Below, one piece after another: positions 59,798 through 64,000 of a DNA stretch of 64,000 nt. Positions within the stretch are counted from its first letter, which is position 1. The number at the start of each line of letters is the position of its first letter. The DNA lies in the NCBI GenBank assembly GCA_038207085.1, contig JBBRAE010000008.1, positions 1 to 64,000 of the forward strand, given 5' to 3'. The position numbers and the translations under genes are program-made. The stretch is from Armatimonadota bacterium (GTDB lineage Bacteria; Armatimonadota; UBA5829; DTLH01). A model generated the notes under the pieces. That model was not told where the DNA came from. It searched no databases and saw only the letters and a program-made list of their open reading frames with translations.

Positions 59798-60010
59798 ATG
59801 CCGACTTATGAGTATGAGTGCCTGGACTGCGGGCACAGGTTTGATGTGTTTCAGAAGATGACCGATGCACCGGTCACTGCCTGCGAGAAGTGTTCTGCCA
59901 AGGTCCGAAAGCTCATATCCCCCGTTGGGATTTCGTTCAAAGGCTCGGGTTTCCATGTCAATGACTATCGGAAGCCCGGCTCGACAGACAAGGCAAAAGA
60001 GACTGCCTAG
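59798..60010 (+). CDS. FmdB-family zinc-ribbon protein
   Basis: MPTYEYECLDCG..F..Q...C..C...FKGSGFH.NDY. Confidence 0.92.
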   Translation: MPTYEYECLDCGHRFDVFQKMTDAPVTACEKCSAKVRKLISPVGISFKGSGFHVNDYRKPGSTDKAKETA

Positions 60011-60042
60011 CTGGAGAGCATTTAGCGACACTATGAATTAAC

Positions 60043-60077
60043 AAAGCCAGGTACCTGATGAGAGGTACCTGGCTTTT
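60043..60077. terminator. Bidirectional terminator between convergent genes
   Basis: AAAGCCAGGTACCT / AGGTACCTGGCTTT. Confidence 0.8.
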
Positions 60078-60110
60078 GTCGTTTTTGTCTAGTATTGTCT
60101 GTTACAGGGA

Positions 60111-61982
60111 TCAGGCGGAGACGATTCTCCACTCGCCGGTGCGCTCATCAGCCTCGAGTTTTGCGCCGAGGACTTCCTTTAGAGCCTGCACATCGACCAT
60201 CATTCGTCCGCGGCCCGCGATGAACGGGGCACAGGACAGCTTGACCTGCTGGCCATCGACCGATGCGATCGGCTGGCCTACCTGGAACTTGACGGTCTTG
60301 TTTCCAAAGCGGGCAAGGACTGTGCGGGTGCGTTTGTCCCAGGCGATGATCCTGCCGCCTGCCGACTCTATCGCAAATCGCAGGCCGGTGATGACTGTGC
60401 CTTTATGGCGCACGGTCATCAGGCGGACCTTGATCGTCTTGGGGTCGGGCGCGGGCTGATACTTGAGCGGCTCAGGCTGCGGCGATCGGGCCATCTTGAT
60501 CGGTTCGGGGATCTGGGCCTTGGGCTGCGCGATCTTCTGGGCGAGTCTCATACCTGTTCCGCGCTCACTGAGAAGTTCGGAGCGGCTCATCTGGGCTCTG
60601 GGAGCATCGGAGGCGATCGCCGGTTCGAGGGGAACGGACGGCTCAAGTGCGGACGCAGGAGACGACTCGCCGCTCATATTCTCAGCAGCTACGTCGCCGG
60701 CGCCTGATGTGCGAGCAACGTTCGGTGTCGTCGCGCTTGCCGGAGTAGCCGGTTCGAACTCCGGCTCTTCAGGGTCCGGGCCGGAAGACAGCGTCGGGTG
60801 CGGAAGCTCGGCCATCAGCACTGGCTGATCGATCCTCGCGACCTGCGCGGTCTGAATAGTCTCAGCGGCGGGCTTCCTCTCGGGAAGTCGGGCGGGTCTG
60901 GGTTCGCTAACCCTTGCGGTGCTCTGTGACCTCGTCTCAACGACGGTCGGCTTGACCGAGGCTTCAGACTGCCTGGAGACTGACTGAGGCCTGCTCTCGA
61001 CCGGCTTTGCGATGACCTTTTCGGTCCAGGCCGGGCGAGCCACAATTGAGTCGGACTGTTGCGCCGGGGCGACCGCGCGCTCGGAGCGTGAAAAAACTTT
61101 GTCAGGCCTCGCCGAAACGGTGTTTGTCTGAGCCGATGAGACGCTCGGAGTGGCTGTGCGAGCGGCGCTTGTCTGAGAGGCGGTGCGCTCCATCGGGATG
61201 ACGGCGGGCCGCGCCGTTTCGGTACGAACAACTACCTGAGTTTCTATTGCAGCTGATTTCGGAGCCTCAACTGCGGCAACTTTTGGCGTTTCTGCGGGAA
61301 CTTCGGCGATTGATGCGCCTGCGTTTCTCACCGTGACTTCTATCTCTTGGGCGTCGCCCCTGTTTCCTGCCTCGTCATAGGCGTAGGCGTGGAGGGTGTG
61401 GCGGCCGTTTTCATACTCGGCTGTGTTCCAGGAATAGCGATAGGGCGGGGTGTTTCTGATAAGCTTGAGCGACTTGTCGACCATGACTGAAACAAGCGGG
61501 TCTTTGTCGCTTCCGTCGCGGGCCGAAACCTCAATCTCAGTGGTCCCAGAGACCACTTTGCCCTGAGTGACTCCGACGAACTTGATGGTAGGCGGAAGCA
61601 CGTCTATGGTGGAGTTGCTGACGGCGGACTTGCTTGACGCGGAGCCGATAAGGACGGTCCCGGAGTACACCTTGACGACGATCGAGCGCACGCCGTTTGC
61701 AAAGCGCGTGGTGTCTACAAGGAACGAGGATATCCCCTTTGAGGTGGGCTCGGCGAGGTTTCTGGTGCCGCAGCGCTGCCCCTCGACGTCGATGTCGACG
61801 CGGGTCACCTTTTGCGCGGAGCCGGTGTTGAAGCTTACTGAAACCTCCGCGCGGCGACCGGCGAGAACTTCGCCAGGACCCGGGGAGACTATCGACACCC
61901 AACTCGTCTCAGCACAGACGGGCAGGTAGCTAGTGAGCATTGTTAAGGCAACTACAAGTGATAAGGACCGCAAGGTGTCCAA
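60111..61982 (-). CDS. Exported protein with two Ig-like domains, long low-complexity linker and C-terminal copper-amine-oxidase-N (stalk)-like domain
   Basis: Signal peptide; PPYRYSWNT...NG.HTL.A.AYD.AGN; P/A/S/E-rich middle; LRFAIE..GG...WD..TRTV and APFI..GRMMV. Confidence 0.82.
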   Translation of the reverse strand: MDTLRSLSLVVALTMLTSYLPVCAETSWVSIVSPGPGEVLAGRRAEVSVSFNTGSAQKVTRVDIDVEGQRCGTRNLAEPTSKGISSFLVDTTRFANGVRSIVVKVYSGTVLIGSASSKSAVSNSTIDVLPPTIKFVGVTQGKVVSGTTEIEVSARDGSDKDPLVSVMVDKSLKLIRNTPPYRYSWNTAEYENGRHTLHAYAYDEAGNRGDAQEIEVTVRNAGASIAEVPAETPKVAAVEAPKSAAIETQVVVRTETARPAVIPMERTASQTSAARTATPSVSSAQTNTVSARPDKVFSRSERAVAPAQQSDSIVARPAWTEKVIAKPVESRPQSVSRQSEASVKPTVVETRSQSTARVSEPRPARLPERKPAAETIQTAQVARIDQPVLMAELPHPTLSSGPDPEEPEFEPATPASATTPNVARTSGAGDVAAENMSGESSPASALEPSVPLEPAIASDAPRAQMSRSELLSERGTGMRLAQKIAQPKAQIPEPIKMARSPQPEPLKYQPAPDPKTIKVRLMTVRHKGTVITGLRFAIESAGGRIIAWDKRTRTVLARFGNKTVKFQVGQPIASVDGQQVKLSCAPFIAGRGRMMVDVQALKEVLGAKLEADERTGEWRIVSA

Positions 61983-62266
61983 CCTCCTTCGTAAATGGCG
62001 CTTTATGCCATTTACGTTCCCATCGTGACGAAGCCTTTGGCGACAGCATCATCGATAGATGATGCGAAAGCCGGCAGCGGCGCGCAGTCTGCGCTGCGAG
62101 AAGCTTCAGGCACGATTCCTGTCAAGCTGTAGTCGGTGGTCCTCCGGCGGGGTGAAACATGGTCCTGCGCGGAGTGTGTTTTTGACTCAGCTCAACTGTT
62201 TTATACTGTTCAAACTCTACCATATAGACCCCCGAAAGTCAACGATTGTCAGCAATGTCAGAATCT

Positions 62267-64000
62267 CTAAGCTTCGTGCAGAGTCCTTGCGAGGATAGCC
62301 TGCTGCAACTCCGGGCTGAGTATTGTGAACAGACCCGAAAATCCACCGACACGCACTGCCAGATTGGCGTATTGCTCGGGGTTGTCGATGGCGTCCTGCA
62401 GGGTCTCCTGGTCTACTACGGAGAACTGCAACTGCATTCCGCCAAGCTCGAAATACGCCTCCACAAGGCTCCTCACACGCATGCGGCCTGACTTGCTCTT
62501 TAGCGCCGATGGCTGAATGCGCAGGTTGAATACCGGCGTGCCGATGGCGCGGTGAAGTGGCAGCTTCGTGACGCTTCGGATGGTCGCCGTGGGGCCGTTC
62601 TTGTCGCGTCCTTGGTAGGGGCCGATCGAGTCGGCAATGGGTTCCCTCGCGCGGCGACCGTCGGGAAGCGCGCCGACGTCCATTCCCGCTGCAGGCGCAC
62701 CCATGAATATGATGCAGCTGGGGAGGTAGGGGCCGCTGCCCTGGTAGGTACGGTGACGTGCGATTTCGTCGCAGGCTGTGCTGAAGACGTGTGCGGCGAG
62801 GTCGTCGACGTCTTGGGCGTCGTTGCCGAACTTGGGGGCGCGCACGAGACGTGCAAGGAGTTCGTCGTAACCTGCAAAATCGGCTTTCAGTGCATCAAGA
62901 AGTGCTGCCTTAGAGCAAAAACCCTGACTGAATACTACATCACGAAGCGCTGCAAGCGAGTCGGCGACATTTGCGAGACCGGCGAGAGTGAGAACGCCCC
63001 AGTTGTAGCGCGCGCCACCTGCGTTGAAGTCGAGACCGCGCTCGATGCAGTCCTGGTGCAGGATTGTTCGCATAGGGTGGGGCATAGCGATGGCCCGGTC
63101 GCGCTGGATGTCGTTCAAAAGACCTGTGACATGGGCGATATTCTCAACAAGCTCAGCTTCAAAGCTCGAAACGAAACTCTCGAAGTCGGGCGAGGCAATG
63201 AGGTGCTTGTGGAGCGATTGCTCGAGGATCCAAGGCAGGTTGAACCCGGCGTCGAGACTTCCGCAGTTTGTGCGCCCCTGGATTAGCGTTTCGGTGCACC
63301 CAGCGCCGGCCCACCACGCGAGGTCGTCATCAGTGAGATCCGGGATGGCGTTCTTGAGTGATTTCAGGTAAAGCATCTCGTTGTGAAGCGCCGGCTGTCC
63401 TGTCGCGGCTGCGATGGCGTCTAGGGCCGCGCCCCAGGTGGAATCGGGCATGTCGGGTCGAATTCGGAGTTGGTAGTTCGGTCTATGATGCCCAATCACC
63501 GCCTCAAGACACAGATCCGTGACTTCGCTGAAGGCAGGCGACCCTTTGGGGTTTGTTCCGCCGATAGTTGCGGACCAGGTGTCGTTGTCGCAGACGATCC
63601 GGCAAAGCTCGCGGAGGAGCTCAAGCGCCTCTGCTCTTGTAATGCGCCCGGCGGCGAGGTCGGGTTCGTAGTAGGGCGCGAGTTCGATGTCGAGGCGTCC
63701 GGGGTTGTCGCAGAAGTCCAGGTACATCACGAAGACGTGTGTGAGGATCGCTTCATAGAACGTGCGAGCTGGCTTGAAGGGGATGCGAGTAAGCACTTCC
63801 CTGAGTTTGCGCAAACGCGCGGCTTCTGCTTCGTCCGCAGGCTGGTGTCCGCTCAGATGATCGAGAATATTCTGGTGCCACGCACGGATGCCTGCAAAAA
63901 CGTCACATACCCCGGAGTAGAAGTCGACCTTGCCGGCGTCTCCTGAAGCCTCCGCCTCGCGCAGATATGTCATGGCTTGTGCCTCTACAGCGTCAAAGCC
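62267..64000 (-). CDS. Glycyl radical enzyme (PFL2-like), 5' end outside the window
   Basis: PGRLD, GQPA, GCTE Cys loop, PKFGND, PDGR, QFSVVD..L.DA...PE.Y.NL.VRVGGF. Confidence 0.92.
   Translation of the reverse strand, partial: GFDAVEAQAMTYLREAEASGDAGKVDFYSGVCDVFAGIRAWHQNILDHLSGHQPADEAEAARLRKLREVLTRIPFKPARTFYEAILTHVFVMYLDFCDNPGRLDIELAPYYEPDLAAGRITRAEALELLRELCRIVCDNDTWSATIGGTNPKGSPAFSEVTDLCLEAVIGHHRPNYQLRIRPDMPDSTWGAALDAIAAATGQPALHNEMLYLKSLKNAIPDLTDDDLAWWAGAGCTETLIQGRTNCGSLDAGFNLPWILEQSLHKHLIASPDFESFVSSFEAELVENIAHVTGLLNDIQRDRAIAMPHPMRTILHQDCIERGLDFNAGGARYNWGVLTLAGLANVADSLAALRDVVFSQGFCSKAALLDALKADFAGYDELLARLVRAPKFGNDAQDVDDLAAHVFSTACDEIARHRTYQGSGPYLPSCIIFMGAPAAGMDVGALPDGRRAREPIADSIGPYQGRDKNGPTATIRSVTKLPLHRAIGTPVFNLRIQPSALKSKSGRMRVRSLVEAYFELGGMQLQFSVVDQETLQDAIDNPEQYANLAVRVGGFSGLFTILSPELQQAILARTLHEA

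Noticed and set aside
62267..64000. Calling the GRE pyruvate formate-lyase (pflB)
   Set aside because: It lacks the adjacent Cys-Cys pair and the RVSGY motif.

Overview
A GC-rich bacterial chromosome segment, inferred to be Armatimonadota-like from the PEP-CTERM tail style and the stalk-domain secreted protein (not proven). In order it contains: the end of a chemotaxis operon (two MCPs, cheW, cheR, cheB); a small surface-polysaccharide locus (flippase, hexapeptide acyltransferase, BKACE enzyme, glycosyltransferase); gltBD; a GH29 fucosidase; a PEP-CTERM protein; a short glmU with prs and pth; tyrS; a rex-led multiheme cytochrome cluster; a vapBC pair; TMTC-like and giant TPR proteins; VIT-vWA; rqcH; yebC; a GH35-like hydrolase; an Rh50-type channel; tRNA-Pro(GGG); an orphan anti-sigma factor; translin overlapping cca; hrcA-grpE; two tatA-family genes; pfkB; and a partial glycyl radical enzyme. 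The most striking system is at 24.9-29.7 kb. The NADH/NAD+ sensor Rex is coupled to a tetraheme cytochrome, followed by a 14-heme cytochrome, an NHL beta-propeller and a hexaheme cytochrome whose motif order matches Geobacter OmcS. Rex-box-like sites sit just downstream of two of the promoters. This is a candidate redox-regulated cytochrome nanowire/extracellular electron transfer module outside Geobacter. Several palindromic repeat families and a tiny IS5-type MITE are also present. All calls come from reading motifs by eye; no database searches were run.
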